Shown piece after piece: positions 38,025 to 47,589 of a stretch of 64,000 nucleotides of DNA. The stretch spans positions 352,001-416,000 of the forward strand of contig JAOPTT010000005.1 in assembly GCA_051531975.1 (NCBI GenBank), given 5' to 3'. The stretch comes from Spirochaetaceae bacterium (GTDB lineage Bacteria; Spirochaetota; Spirochaetia; DSM-2461). Positions within the stretch are counted from its first letter, which is position 1. Each line of letters begins with the position of its first letter. The notes under the pieces were generated by a model that was given only the letters and a program-made list of their open reading frames with translations, was not told where the DNA came from and ran no database searches. The position numbers and the translations under genes were made by a program.

Positions 38025-38963
38025 ATGAAACAGAAGTTAGTATTTATCGATGGGCAATTTGGAACTGTAGGTTTACAGATAAGAAATCGTCTAAAAAATA
38101 GAAAAGAGTTAAAACTGATTGAAATATCAGAATCACTAAAAAAAGATATCACCGAGAAAAAGAGAATATTAAACAGTGTAGATATCGTCTTTTTATGTCT
38201 ACCAGATGAGGCATCTAAACAGTCTGTCTCTTTAATTACAAATATTGATGTTATTGTACTTGATGGTAGCACAGCTTTTAGAACAGACGCTGATTGGGTA
38301 TATGGTATTCCTGAACTACATAAAAAACAGAGAGGTAACATTAAAAGATCTAAAAGGATATCAGTTCCGGGTTGTTATGCAACAGGATTTAATACTCTAC
38401 TTCATCCTTTAGTAAAATCAAAAATATTAGATCCTGATTATCCAGTAACTTCCTATTCTATAACTGGTTATAGTGGAGGAGGAACTTCTATGATAAAGGA
38501 GTATGAAGAAAACAGTAATAACGATCTATACTCAGCTAGACCTAAAAACTTAGACCTTAATCATAAACATCTTCCTGAAATGCAGAAATATTCACTATTA
38601 AATAACAGACCAATTTTTACACCTATAGTTGGGAAGTTCTATAATGGTATGCTTGTATTTATTCCTATATATAAGAAACTTTTGTTAAATAAAAATATAG
38701 ATCTAATAGACTTTTATACTACCTATTATAAAGACGAAAACTTTATTAATGTATTACAACATAAAGAAATTCAGGATATAAATTCCGACTTTATTTCACC
38801 CTTAGAATGTAACGGAACCAATAGATTGGATATTTTAACATTTGAAACAGAGGATCAAATTTTACTGGTAGCCAGATTAGATAACCTTGGTAAAGGTGCA
38901 TCAGGAGCAGCTGTACAATGTCTAAATATAGTATTAGGTATTGATGAAGAAACTGGTTTGTAA
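38025..38963 (+). CDS. argC: N-acetyl-gamma-glutamyl-phosphate reductase, type 2
   Basis: VFIDGQFGTVGLQI, FLCLPD, STAFRT..WVYGIPEL, PGCYATG, HKHLPEM, LDNLGKGASGAAVQ. Confidence 0.95.
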   Translation: MKQKLVFIDGQFGTVGLQIRNRLKNRKELKLIEISESLKKDITEKKRILNSVDIVFLCLPDEASKQSVSLITNIDVIVLDGSTAFRTDADWVYGIPELHKKQRGNIKRSKRISVPGCYATGFNTLLHPLVKSKILDPDYPVTSYSITGYSGGGTSMIKEYEENSNNDLYSARPKNLDLNHKHLPEMQKYSLLNNRPIFTPIVGKFYNGMLVFIPIYKKLLLNKNIDLIDFYTTYYKDENFINVLQHKEIQDINSDFISPLECNGTNRLDILTFETEDQILLVARLDNLGKGASGAAVQCLNIVLGIDEETGL

Positions 38964-38973
38964 TTTGTAGTCA

Positions 38974-39882
38974 TCATTTTATTAAATCCATAATTATCTC
39001 TTTTGAATCAACTGTTTTAGTAATAAACGATTTTACGGCTGGAGATACCGGATTAATCCTATATTGTATCTCTGTTGATATAGTCTCTTCATGGTTTTTA
39101 ATTGAAATAAATTTACATCCCTCTGTATATAATCTTTTTATGCAGCCAGGAACTATAGATATTCCTAATTCAGATGCAACTTCAGTAATTACGGTTTGCA
39201 TCGTTTTAGGTTGGCTTATAATGTTAGGTATAAAATTATGTTTTAAACACTCTGTAAATATTTTGTGGTAGATTACAGGAGCTTCAAACCTATCAAATAG
39301 TATGAATTCTTCTTCTGATAACAGATCTAAATCCAATTCATTATACCCTGCCATTGGATGAGATGATGAAACAACGATATATAATTTATCCATATATAAC
39401 TCCTGGGAAGCTATATTAAGAATTAATTTTTCTGGTAAAGTCCTGGATATTCCTATATCTATGTCCTCGTTTTCAAAAGCTTCTATCTGTTCTTGAACTG
39501 ACATTTCAAATAATCTAATGTTTACATCTGGATACTCTTTGGAATAAGTTCTTATTAACTCAGGTAAAAAAGTGAAACACGCAGAGCTTAAATATCCAAT
39601 ATTTATATTCCCTATCTGTCCCGATGCAGCTTTTTTAACATTATCTACTGCTCGGTTTTCCTGTTCTAAAATAACTAATGAATCTTTTAATAGAGATTGT
39701 CCTGCAGCTGTAACTTTAACTTCCCTGGTATTCCTCCATAACAGACTTACTCCAAGTTCTTCTTCTAAATCAGAGATGTGTCTACTAATAGCAGGTTGTA
39801 CTGTATTTAGCTCTCTAGCTGCAGCTGAAAAGCTTTTTAATGTAGCAACACTAATAAAACTTCTTAATAATTTAATTTCCAT
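38974..39882 (-). CDS. LysR-family transcriptional regulator
   Basis: SFSAAARELNTVQPAISRHISDLEEELGV HTH plus substrate-binding domain. Confidence 0.95.
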   Translation of the reverse strand: MEIKLLRSFISVATLKSFSAAARELNTVQPAISRHISDLEEELGVSLLWRNTREVKVTAAGQSLLKDSLVILEQENRAVDNVKKAASGQIGNINIGYLSSACFTFLPELIRTYSKEYPDVNIRLFEMSVQEQIEAFENEDIDIGISRTLPEKLILNIASQELYMDKLYIVVSSSHPMAGYNELDLDLLSEEEFILFDRFEAPVIYHKIFTECLKHNFIPNIISQPKTMQTVITEVASELGISIVPGCIKRLYTEGCKFISIKNHEETISTEIQYRINPVSPAVKSFITKTVDSKEIIMDLIK

Positions 39883-39891
39883 GAATTATTT

Positions 39892-39906
39892 ATACCATAT
39901 TTGTAT
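39892..39906. promoter_or_regulatory. LysR recognition box
   Basis: ATAC-N7-GTAT (T-N11-A) next to the LysR start in the divergent intergenic region. Confidence 0.6.
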
Positions 39907-39984
39907 AAGTGTGATCAAATTATATTATTTCTAATATAAATGAAATCTTAGTATCATAACATTATTGGATAAAGGAGATGTTAA

Positions 39985-40569
39985 ATGGAAGAAATTGATA
40001 GGGTATTAAATTTTATTGTAGAGATTGAGAAATTAAAAAATGTGCTTAGGAAATCTAAACCAGTAGGTTGTAACAGGTTTGAGAACTCAGCGGAACATAG
40101 TTGGCATGTTTGTTTATCGGCATTGATGTTAAAAGACTATGCCAATGAGGATATAAACATAGATCGAGTAATCAAGATGTTATTAATTCATGACTTAGGT
40201 GAAATTGATTCTGGGGATAAAATTATATATGAAAGTGAAACCCTAGATAATAAGGAAGTAGAAGCTAATGGTGTAAAAAGATTATTAAACATGTTACCAG
40301 AAGGCATGGCGGATATATATGTTCCTTTGTGGTATGAGTTTGAAGAGGGTAAAACTATAGATTCAAAGTATGCAAAAGCAATAGATAGGGTACCACCACT
40401 TTTTCATAATCTATTAGGTAATGGCCATACATGGAAGGAACATAACATTTCTAAAACTCAAGTTTATACTTTAAATGAAAGAATAAGTTTAGGCAGTAAG
40501 AAGTTATGGGAAGTTATTAAAGTTAAATTGGATTTAGGGGTTAAACAAGGTTTACTTAAGGATGAATAA
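39985..40569 (+). CDS. HD-domain phosphohydrolase (HDDC2/YfbR-like)
   Basis: ENSAEHSW, MLLIHDLGEIDSGD, LWYEFE, AIDR. Confidence 0.9.
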   Translation: MEEIDRVLNFIVEIEKLKNVLRKSKPVGCNRFENSAEHSWHVCLSALMLKDYANEDINIDRVIKMLLIHDLGEIDSGDKIIYESETLDNKEVEANGVKRLLNMLPEGMADIYVPLWYEFEEGKTIDSKYAKAIDRVPPLFHNLLGNGHTWKEHNISKTQVYTLNERISLGSKKLWEVIKVKLDLGVKQGLLKDE

Positions 40570-41074
40570 AAATATAGCAAAACGAATCAATAGTGTATCT
40601 AAATTAGAGGGGAGCTACACATTAAGATCTGGTAGTAAAAGTAATACTTATTTCGATAAATATCAGTTTGAATCTAATCCAGAACTTCTAAAAGATATTG
40701 CCACTTTGATGTTACAGTTAATTCCAAAGGGTACAGATGTTTTAGCTGGCTTAGAAATGGGTGGTGTTCCATTAGTTACAATGTTAAGTCAGTTAACAAA
40801 TCTACCATGTGCATTTATTAGAAAAAAAGCCAAAGACTATGGTACATGTAGGTATTCTGAAGGGACTAACTTATTAAATAAGAAAATCATAATCATAGAA
40901 GATGTAGTTTCTAGTGGGGGAGCTATTATTGATGCTGTTTTAAAACTACGAGCTGATGGTATTAAAGTAGATACAGCTATATGTGTTATTGATAGGGAAA
41001 CAGGTGGCAAAGAGAAGCTTAAAGATATTGGAATTAACTTATTAAGTTTAATAAATAAAACTGAATTAGGCTGA
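40562..41074 (+). CDS. pyrE: Orotate phosphoribosyltransferase (short form)
   Basis: TLRSG..S.TYFDKY, GLEMGG, IRKKAKDYGT, PRPP motif IIEDVVSSGG. Confidence 0.88.
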   Translation: MNKNIAKRINSVSKLEGSYTLRSGSKSNTYFDKYQFESNPELLKDIATLMLQLIPKGTDVLAGLEMGGVPLVTMLSQLTNLPCAFIRKKAKDYGTCRYSEGTNLLNKKIIIIEDVVSSGGAIIDAVLKLRADGIKVDTAICVIDRETGGKEKLKDIGINLLSLINKTELG

Positions 41075-41078
41075 ACTT

Positions 41079-41402
41079 TTAAAGCCTAGATACAATGTAT
41101 TGATTAATTGAAACTCTTTCTTCCAGGGATTTCAGTACTAAGGCTTTATGAAGTTCTGGAGGTACTCTTAATGTAAGATTTCCCTTGTATTTTCTAGCAC
41201 TTAAAGGTTCTGGAATAGTCTCACCATCTTCTAACATCCATGAAATAGTTTCACTTACAACAATTTCTATCTCTTTTAATGCTTCTTGTGCTGTATTTCC
41301 ATGGGTTAATAAAGATGGGAACTCTAGACATTTGGCTATATGGGTATTATCCTCCACTGACCATTCAATTCTATAAGTGTATTTTTCAACTAAATTATCC
41401 AT
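41079..41402 (-). CDS. hicB: HicB antitoxin
   Basis: YTYRIEWS.ED...CLEFPSL..HG.T..EAL; C-terminal RHH YKGNLTLRVPPELH...SINQY. Confidence 0.9.
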   Translation of the reverse strand: MDNLVEKYTYRIEWSVEDNTHIAKCLEFPSLLTHGNTAQEALKEIEIVVSETISWMLEDGETIPEPLSARKYKGNLTLRVPPELHKALVLKSLEERVSINQYIVSRL

Positions 41403-41625
41403 TTATCTCCTCCATTTTCTTAATAGCTTTAATTACTGCTTTAACTTGGTAAATTTTAGCCATTTTTCCATCCTTTTGAATATTAATTCTTGGATCACCC
41501 TGCCATGGCATTTTAAAAATATGATGACTACCTCTAATTCTGGGCTCACCAAAGTATTTAATACTTATCTTGAGTAAGTCTTTTAATTTAACACTTTTTT
41601 TATGTTCTAATTCTTCGATAGTCAC
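41395..41625 (-). CDS. hicA: HicA toxin (mRNA interferase)
   Basis: FGEPRIRGSHHIFKMPWQGDPRINIQ...KIYQVK; GTG 41625 preferred because it lies at the predicted transcription start. Confidence 0.85.
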   Translation of the reverse strand: MTIEELEHKKSVKLKDLLKISIKYFGEPRIRGSHHIFKMPWQGDPRINIQKDGKMAKIYQVKAVIKAIKKMEEING

Positions 41626-41630
41626 TTTAA

Positions 41631-41659
41631 ATGATAGCGTATATGATAGCACAGGTCAA
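41631..41659 (-). promoter_or_regulatory. hicAB promoter with direct-repeat operator
   Basis: TTGACC-17-TATCAT; GCTATCAT repeated at 41650-41643 and 41638-41631. Confidence 0.65.
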
Positions 41660-41778
41660 TTTAATAGTTATAATATTAGTAAATATTTCTACCTAAAAGA
41701 AGTCTAATACTTTTTTAAACTTCCCTAAGTGAATTAACAACAAAAATAGACTAAATGGCTAGTATTAAAAAAAAAGAG

Positions 41779-41816
41779 TTGCAATAATCCAGACTCAACT
41801 GTACTATATAAGTATA
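41779..41816 (+). promoter_or_regulatory. Promoter with overlapping YtrA-type operator
   Basis: TTGCAA-17-TACTAT; imperfect palindrome TGTACT-N5-AGTATA (41800-41816) covers the -10. Confidence 0.6.
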
Positions 41817-41829
41817 ACGGTGGTACGGA

Positions 41830-42204
41830 ATGAGTGAACAAAAAGAATTAACAGTAGATTACAAATCCATTATTCCGGTATACGAGCAGATTAAACAGTT
41901 TTTTAAATTGCAAATATTAAACGGTCATAAATCTGCAGACGAAAAGATAACATCTGTTAGGGAGTTGGCAAGAACAATAATGGTTAACCAAAATACTATT
42001 GTAAAAGCCTATTACCAGTTAGAACAGGAAGGATTTATCTATTCAAAACCGGGACGTGGTTATTTTGTAAAAGAAGTAGTTAAAAACAGGGAGAGTGAAA
42101 AGCTGGAACTATTAAACTACATAACAAAGGATTACCTAGAAAAGGTAACAGAGATGGGCTTCTCGGTTGATGACGTATTAACCCTGATGAAAAAATTAAA
42201 ATAA
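41830..42204 (+). CDS. GntR-family regulator, YtrA subfamily
   Basis: 124 aa; PVYEQI, SVRELA....VNQNTIVKAYYQLEQEG.I....GRGYFV; short helical C-terminus. Confidence 0.92.
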   Translation: MSEQKELTVDYKSIIPVYEQIKQFFKLQILNGHKSADEKITSVRELARTIMVNQNTIVKAYYQLEQEGFIYSKPGRGYFVKEVVKNRESEKLELLNYITKDYLEKVTEMGFSVDDVLTLMKKLK

Positions 42205-42213
42205 AAGGAGAGA

Positions 42214-42672
42214 GTGATGATTGAGAGTATATCCCCAGTAACACTTTGGTTAATTGTTGGAATAGTTTTCATTATTTTAGAGATGTTTTTACCAGGGTTT
42301 ATTATTGGATTTTTTGGTATTGGAGCAATTATAACATGTCTAACTACACTAATAGGAATCACCCCTAATTTTACAAGTCAGATGATTACATTTTTTATAG
42401 TTTCTGTAGTACTTCTTTTACTATTCCAAAAGGTTTTAAAAAGGAAACTTTTTGGTATTAAAGAAGAGACTACAAACTTTAATATCCAAATTGGAAAAAT
42501 TGTACCAGTAACAGAATTTATAGATCCTACGGAAGGCACTGGTAAAGTAAAATATCAGGGAGCAATCTGGAGTGCAAGTTCTGAAGATAAAATTGCACCA
42601 GGAGAAAAAGCAAGATTAGTAGGGTGTGACAATTTAACACTTATAGTTAAAAAAGGAAAAGAGGAGAAATAA
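42214..42672 (+). CDS. NfeD-family membrane protein (short form)
   Basis: W...G......EMFLPGF; C-terminal OB fold GKVKYQGAIWSA; start may be ATG 42217. Confidence 0.9.
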   Translation: MMIESISPVTLWLIVGIVFIILEMFLPGFIIGFFGIGAIITCLTTLIGITPNFTSQMITFFIVSVVLLLLFQKVLKRKLFGIKEETTNFNIQIGKIVPVTEFIDPTEGTGKVKYQGAIWSASSEDKIAPGEKARLVGCDNLTLIVKKGKEEK

Positions 42673-42674
42673 AA

Positions 42675-43613
42675 ATGATTTTAAATACAATAATTTTAGT
42701 AGTTTTAGGTTTACTTTTAATTTACATTATATTCAGTATTGTAAGAATTGTTCCAACACAAAAAGCATTTGTTGTAGAGAGACTAGGAAAATATAATAAA
42801 ACCTTAGAAGCTGGGTTTAATGTACTTGCCCCTTTTATTGATAAAGTAGCTTACAAGCAGTCTTTAAAAGAGAGAGCAGTAGATGTTCCTCCCCAGACAT
42901 GTATCACTAAGGATAATATCTCTGTATCCATTGATGGAATTCTATTTTATAGAATTGTAGACCCAGTAAAAGCAAGTTATGGAATAGATGACCACTCATT
43001 CGCTATTAACCAGATTGCCCAAACGACAATGAGATCAGAGATTGGTTCTATTGAGTTAGATGTTACATTTGAGTCTAGGGATAATATTAATAGTGCAATT
43101 GTAGCCGCAGTAGATGAAGCTTCTGATCCTTGGGGTATAAAAGTAACTAGGTATGAAATTAAAAATATCGAGACACCTAGAACAATTAGAGATGCAATGG
43201 AAAAACAGATGAGAGCAGAGCGAGAGAAACGTGAGCAGATTGCTCTATCTGAAGGTGATAAACTCGCTAAAATTAACCGTGCAGAGGGTATTAAAGAGGA
43301 AGCAATTAAAATTTCAGAAGGTGAAAGAATTAAAAGAGAAAACGAAGCAAGAGGTCAGGCTACAGCTATTCTAGAAATTGCAAAAGCGACTGCCTTAGGT
43401 ATAGACGAAGTATCTAAAGCTGTTAACCAGCCAGGTGGTTCAGAAGCTCTTTCTATGAAGATTGCAGGAGATTGGTTTAAATCCTTCGAAAAGCTTGCTA
43501 AAGAGACAAATACAATGATAATCCCAACCAATATGACTGAAATTGCAAGTGTTTCAGCAGTATTAAAAAGTGCTTTAAACTTTACAAAACCACCAGTAGA
43601 ATTAAAGAAATAA
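42675..43613 (+). CDS. SPFH/stomatin-like protein (QmcA-like)
   Basis: VVERLGKY, ITKDNISV, QTTMRSEIG, WGIKVTRYEIK, MEKQMRAEREKR. Confidence 0.94.
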   Translation: MILNTIILVVLGLLLIYIIFSIVRIVPTQKAFVVERLGKYNKTLEAGFNVLAPFIDKVAYKQSLKERAVDVPPQTCITKDNISVSIDGILFYRIVDPVKASYGIDDHSFAINQIAQTTMRSEIGSIELDVTFESRDNINSAIVAAVDEASDPWGIKVTRYEIKNIETPRTIRDAMEKQMRAEREKREQIALSEGDKLAKINRAEGIKEEAIKISEGERIKRENEARGQATAILEIAKATALGIDEVSKAVNQPGGSEALSMKIAGDWFKSFEKLAKETNTMIIPTNMTEIASVSAVLKSALNFTKPPVELKK

Positions 43614-43624
43614 TTAGACTTAAT

Positions 43625-43646
43625 ATCCCGGTAGTAATATCGGGAT
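43625..43646 (+). terminator. Probable terminator after SPFH gene
   Basis: ATCCCGGTA/TATCGGGAT stem. Confidence 0.55.
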
Positions 43647-43672
43647 CTATTTAAAAAATAAAAGGAAATATA

Positions 43673-44788
43673 ATGAAAAAAGTTATTTTAATGTTTTGTA
43701 TAAGTACTCTATTTTTACTAACCGGTTGCAAAACTTCAGATATCAGCTATGAGGATGTAGATAAACCTGTATCTATGTTTTATAGATCTGAAAAAAATAA
43801 CTTCCCTGGTTGTTTAATTTTAGTATCTTCAAATGGTAAGATCATATACAAAGAAGCATTTGGAATGCAGAATTTAGAAAACAATGTATTAGCATCTTCT
43901 GATACTACTTTTAGAATTGGATCAATAACTAAACAATTTACTTCAACTGCGGTTCTACTACTAAAAGAGCGTGGTCTGTTATCCTTAACTGATAAACTAT
44001 CAAAGTATATTCCAGATTTTCCAAAGGCAGATGAAGTTTCCATATATCAACTATTAACCCACACCTCTGGTATAAAAAGTTATACAGATGAAGAAGATTT
44101 TGTTGAAAATGTAGTTAATTATATTTCAACTAGGGACCTTATTAATCAAATTAAAGAATCAGGATACGATTTTGAACCTGGTACTGAATTCAGATATAAT
44201 AACTCTGGATATTTTATTCTTGGATACATAATAGAACTTATTTCTGGGGAAAGTTATGGTGATTTTTTAGAAAACAACATTTTTAAACCTCTTAAAATGA
44301 AAAATACAGGAGTATATAAAAAAGGTTTAGGTCTGCCTAACGAAGGTATAGGTTATTCATATAAAAGAGGTGAAATTAAAGAGGAGTTAAATTGGGATAT
44401 GTCATATGCAGGAGGTGCTGGTAATCTATACTCAGATGTTTATGATCTTTATTTATGGAATGAAGCTCTGTTTAACGGTAAGGTTCTGTCTAAACAATCC
44501 TTAGACGAAGCTTTCTCACCAGCACTTTTACTTAATGGAGAAAATGCTTTAGAACACCCTATTTTTAATTATGGATTAGGTTGGGCTTTAAACTATTTAT
44601 TTGACACTGATGTAGTAGAACATAGTGGAGTATTACATGGATTTACAGCATCTATTTCAAGAATGGTAGAAGAAGATATATCTATAATTATTTTAACCAA
44701 TAAGAGTTACGACTCATTTGGAGTAAAAGTTGATATCTTAAAGACAAGAATAATGACTTCAATAATAACTAAACTAAAGCAAGAGTAG
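43673..44788 (+). CDS. Serine hydrolase lipoprotein, beta-lactamase class C/S12 family
   Basis: Lipobox LTGC; SITK (SxxK), LLTHTSG, YNN (YxN), HSG. Confidence 0.9.
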   Translation: MKKVILMFCISTLFLLTGCKTSDISYEDVDKPVSMFYRSEKNNFPGCLILVSSNGKIIYKEAFGMQNLENNVLASSDTTFRIGSITKQFTSTAVLLLKERGLLSLTDKLSKYIPDFPKADEVSIYQLLTHTSGIKSYTDEEDFVENVVNYISTRDLINQIKESGYDFEPGTEFRYNNSGYFILGYIIELISGESYGDFLENNIFKPLKMKNTGVYKKGLGLPNEGIGYSYKRGEIKEELNWDMSYAGGAGNLYSDVYDLYLWNEALFNGKVLSKQSLDEAFSPALLLNGENALEHPIFNYGLGWALNYLFDTDVVEHSGVLHGFTASISRMVEEDISIIILTNKSYDSFGVKVDILKTRIMTSIITKLKQE

Positions 44789-44814
44789 TTTGCTTTAGCA
44801 CATAGGATCTTAAA

Positions 44815-46059
44815 ATGAAAAAAACTATTATATTCATAATTTCAATATGCCTGCTTTTAGGCTGTACAAGAGATATAACAAAAAGTCTAACTAAGTCTCA
44901 GGATATTGTTATCACCAGCTCATTTGATTCCAAAAAAGATAATAAAATTAATTTAGTATTAGAAATTAAACAACCGGTAGACCACAAAAACCCTAACAGT
45001 GAGCTGTTTACGCAGGAGTTTTATCTATCACATAGGGGTTTTGATAGACCAGTCGTCGTCGTAACTGATGGTTATTCATCAACAAACAACTTTAATTATG
45101 AGGTAGCTGAAATACTAGATGCTAATTTAATAGTAATTAATCATCGATATTGCAATAATGCCCTACCAAATAACCCAGATTATAAATACCTAACAATAGA
45201 ACAGGCTGCTGCTGATCATCACTCTATTGTAGAGCAATTTAAAGATATCTATAACAACTCTAAATGGATTTCTAGTGGAATAAGTAAAGGTGGTATGGCG
45301 GCTATTTATTTTAAAAGGTTTTACCCAAATGATGTTGATGTTGTTGTTCCACTTGTAGCACCTACATATATTGGGAATGAGGACAAAAGAGGTCAAGAAT
45401 ATTTTGAAGATGAAGTTAGAGTAGATAAAGTAAAACAAATAACTCAATTTCAAGAATATGTATTAGAGCACAGAGATGAAATATCTCCACTAATTAGTTC
45501 ATTTATTCCTAGAAGTTATGATATACGGCAGAATTTAACTAATGATGAGATCTTAGAACTACTACTACGGAATTACTTTTTTAACTTTTGGAAAAATGGT
45601 GATGTTGAAAATAAGATTATACCAACAACTGAGGATTCACATAGATTAATGGTTAAATCCCTTATATTTGAAGTCGAGGGTGAACTTATGTCAACAAAAA
45701 TTCCTGATGGTAAAGCAACTTATTATCTTGTTTCATCAATTGGGGGCTTTTATCTGGAGACAAAGGTAAACTATATATACGATCCAATAAAAATTGCCAT
45801 GAAGTTATATGAATTTGATAATAAACCAGAATTTCAAAGTAGTATATTAGAGGATATAAATAGTTGGGTAATAGAAAATGGAAACAACATTATTTATGTT
45901 TATGCAGAAGAAGATCCATTTTCATATTATCAGTTTAATATAGGTGCAAAGACTAATGCTGTAAAGTTTATGGTGGAAAATGAAGCACATCTTTTTAGTT
46001 TGAAAAAGATGAACAATTATGAACTATTCATTGAAACTTTAATGGATAGAATTAACTAG
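44815..46059 (+). CDS. Alpha/beta-hydrolase serine peptidase lipoprotein (S37/S28-like)
   Basis: Lipobox LLGC; QPVDH, YLTIEQAAADHH, nucleophile GISKGG, EDPF, EAH. Confidence 0.82.
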   Translation: MKKTIIFIISICLLLGCTRDITKSLTKSQDIVITSSFDSKKDNKINLVLEIKQPVDHKNPNSELFTQEFYLSHRGFDRPVVVVTDGYSSTNNFNYEVAEILDANLIVINHRYCNNALPNNPDYKYLTIEQAAADHHSIVEQFKDIYNNSKWISSGISKGGMAAIYFKRFYPNDVDVVVPLVAPTYIGNEDKRGQEYFEDEVRVDKVKQITQFQEYVLEHRDEISPLISSFIPRSYDIRQNLTNDEILELLLRNYFFNFWKNGDVENKIIPTTEDSHRLMVKSLIFEVEGELMSTKIPDGKATYYLVSSIGGFYLETKVNYIYDPIKIAMKLYEFDNKPEFQSSILEDINSWVIENGNNIIYVYAEEDPFSYYQFNIGAKTNAVKFMVENEAHLFSLKKMNNYELFIETLMDRIN

Positions 46060-46064
46060 ACTCG

Positions 46065-46090
46065 TGACCGGGGTAAAGTCCCGGTAATTA
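46065..46090. terminator. Hairpin between convergent genes
   Basis: ACCGGG/CCCGGT GC-rich stem. Confidence 0.5.
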
Positions 46091-46105
46091 GTTTAATAAT
46101 CCTGG

Positions 46106-46840
46106 TCATAATATAATCTTAAGGATAGTTATTAATCCAACTATGGCTAATAGTATTAACACGATCCCTCTGAAATGATGATCTTTGATTTTTTTTGCCA
46201 CAGTTATTCCTAACATTGAACCTATTAATATAGTTACTATATTGGCTCCCATGATTCCAGCCATTTGGGTAGTTAATAATCTATTAAATATAAAAACAAA
46301 AATAGTTATTATGTTTGTAATTGTTGCATAAATTGCTAAGTTCGCTCTAAATTCATTTTTATCATAACCTTCGTTACTTAAAAACAGTACAATTGGAGGG
46401 CCACTCATAGATAGACTTCCATTTAGTATTCCACTTATAAAACCAGTTAAACCATAGGACAGTTTCTGTCTTTTAAAATGTACTTTATATCCCTTAAACA
46501 TAAATATAGAAGTTAAAATAATTAATATACCAATAATACCTTTTAGAATCTCAGGGTTTATGTTTTTTAATCCATAAACTCCAATTGGGATACCAATTAT
46601 TCCACAAATAATCATAATCCATATACGTTTTAAATTAATATGTTTAATAGCCCATGATACAACAACAATATTATTAACCAAGCTATAACAAACGACCATA
46701 GGTACTACTGTTTTAACTGGAATTACAAAACTTAATAATGGCACAGCAATTAAAGAAAAACCAAATCCTACTGTTCCTTGTACAGTACTTGCAATAAGGA
46801 CAATAACACAAGAAAATATAATACTTTCTATACCACTCAT
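46106..46840 (-). CDS. TauE/SafE family sulfite exporter-like membrane protein
   Basis: QGTVGFGFSLIAVPLL, SGILNG...SGPPIV; about 8 TM. Confidence 0.88.
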   Translation of the reverse strand: MSGIESIIFSCVIVLIASTVQGTVGFGFSLIAVPLLSFVIPVKTVVPMVVCYSLVNNIVVVSWAIKHINLKRIWIMIICGIIGIPIGVYGLKNINPEILKGIIGILIILTSIFMFKGYKVHFKRQKLSYGLTGFISGILNGSLSMSGPPIVLFLSNEGYDKNEFRANLAIYATITNIITIFVFIFNRLLTTQMAGIMGANIVTILIGSMLGITVAKKIKDHHFRGIVLILLAIVGLITILKIIL

Positions 46841-46926
46841 CTACACTTGCCTCCTTTTCATCAAGAACGAATTATATGTCAAAATAAGTGATATATACAA
46901 TTAATTTATATAAATAAATTTAAATA

Positions 46927-46942
46927 TGACATAACGGTGTCA
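46927..46942. promoter_or_regulatory. Palindromic operator upstream of the GyrI-like/WYL pair
   Basis: TGACA-N6-TGTCA. Confidence 0.55.
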
Positions 46943-46979
46943 CAACCTTCTGTTAATCTTATTTTGTAAGGAGATAAAT

Positions 46980-47585
46980 ATGAAAATATTTTTAATTGTA
47001 GTAGTTTGTTTAGTTTTATTAGTTGGGTTGTTTTACATCTTCTCAGTAGTTACTGGTCCTAAAAAAAAGGATTTTGTAGAATTTATTGAACCAAGAATAA
47101 TCGATAAACCTGATATGTTGGCTATAGTTGTAGATTTTGATGGTGACGCAGATAAAGTAATAAAAGAAGCATTTGGTCGAATGTTTAAAAAGTACTTCAG
47201 CTTAAAAGGTGTACCAAAAGGTGGTAAGCAACCTGCTCCGATAGCAAGATACAGTAACTTTGATAATGTTTCAGAACTATCACAGGAAGAGCTTAAAAAA
47301 ATGGACTGGACCGGTTTTACAGCGATAAAAGTTCCATCAGGCACAGCAAGTTTTCAAGATGAGTATGTTCGTTTAGAAACTGTAGAGTATGGGAAGGTAG
47401 CAGAAATAGTTCATTTTGGATCATATGAGTCCGAAGTAGAAAATATTACAAAACTGAAAGAGTTTATTAAAAAATCAGGTTATGAAATATCAGGTCTCCA
47501 CGAAGAGGAGTACATTGTAGGTCCAGGTCTAATATATAGATCTCCTAAAAGTTATATAACAATTATTCGATATCAGATAAAATAA
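46980..47585 (+). CDS. GyrI-like small-molecule-binding protein with N-terminal membrane anchor
   Basis: VAEIVHFGSYESE, GLHEEEYIVGPG, TIIRY; hydrophobic first ~25 aa. Confidence 0.8.
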   Translation: MKIFLIVVVCLVLLVGLFYIFSVVTGPKKKDFVEFIEPRIIDKPDMLAIVVDFDGDADKVIKEAFGRMFKKYFSLKGVPKGGKQPAPIARYSNFDNVSELSQEELKKMDWTGFTAIKVPSGTASFQDEYVRLETVEYGKVAEIVHFGSYESEVENITKLKEFIKKSGYEISGLHEEEYIVGPGLIYRSPKSYITIIRYQIK

Positions 47586-47589
47586 TTAA

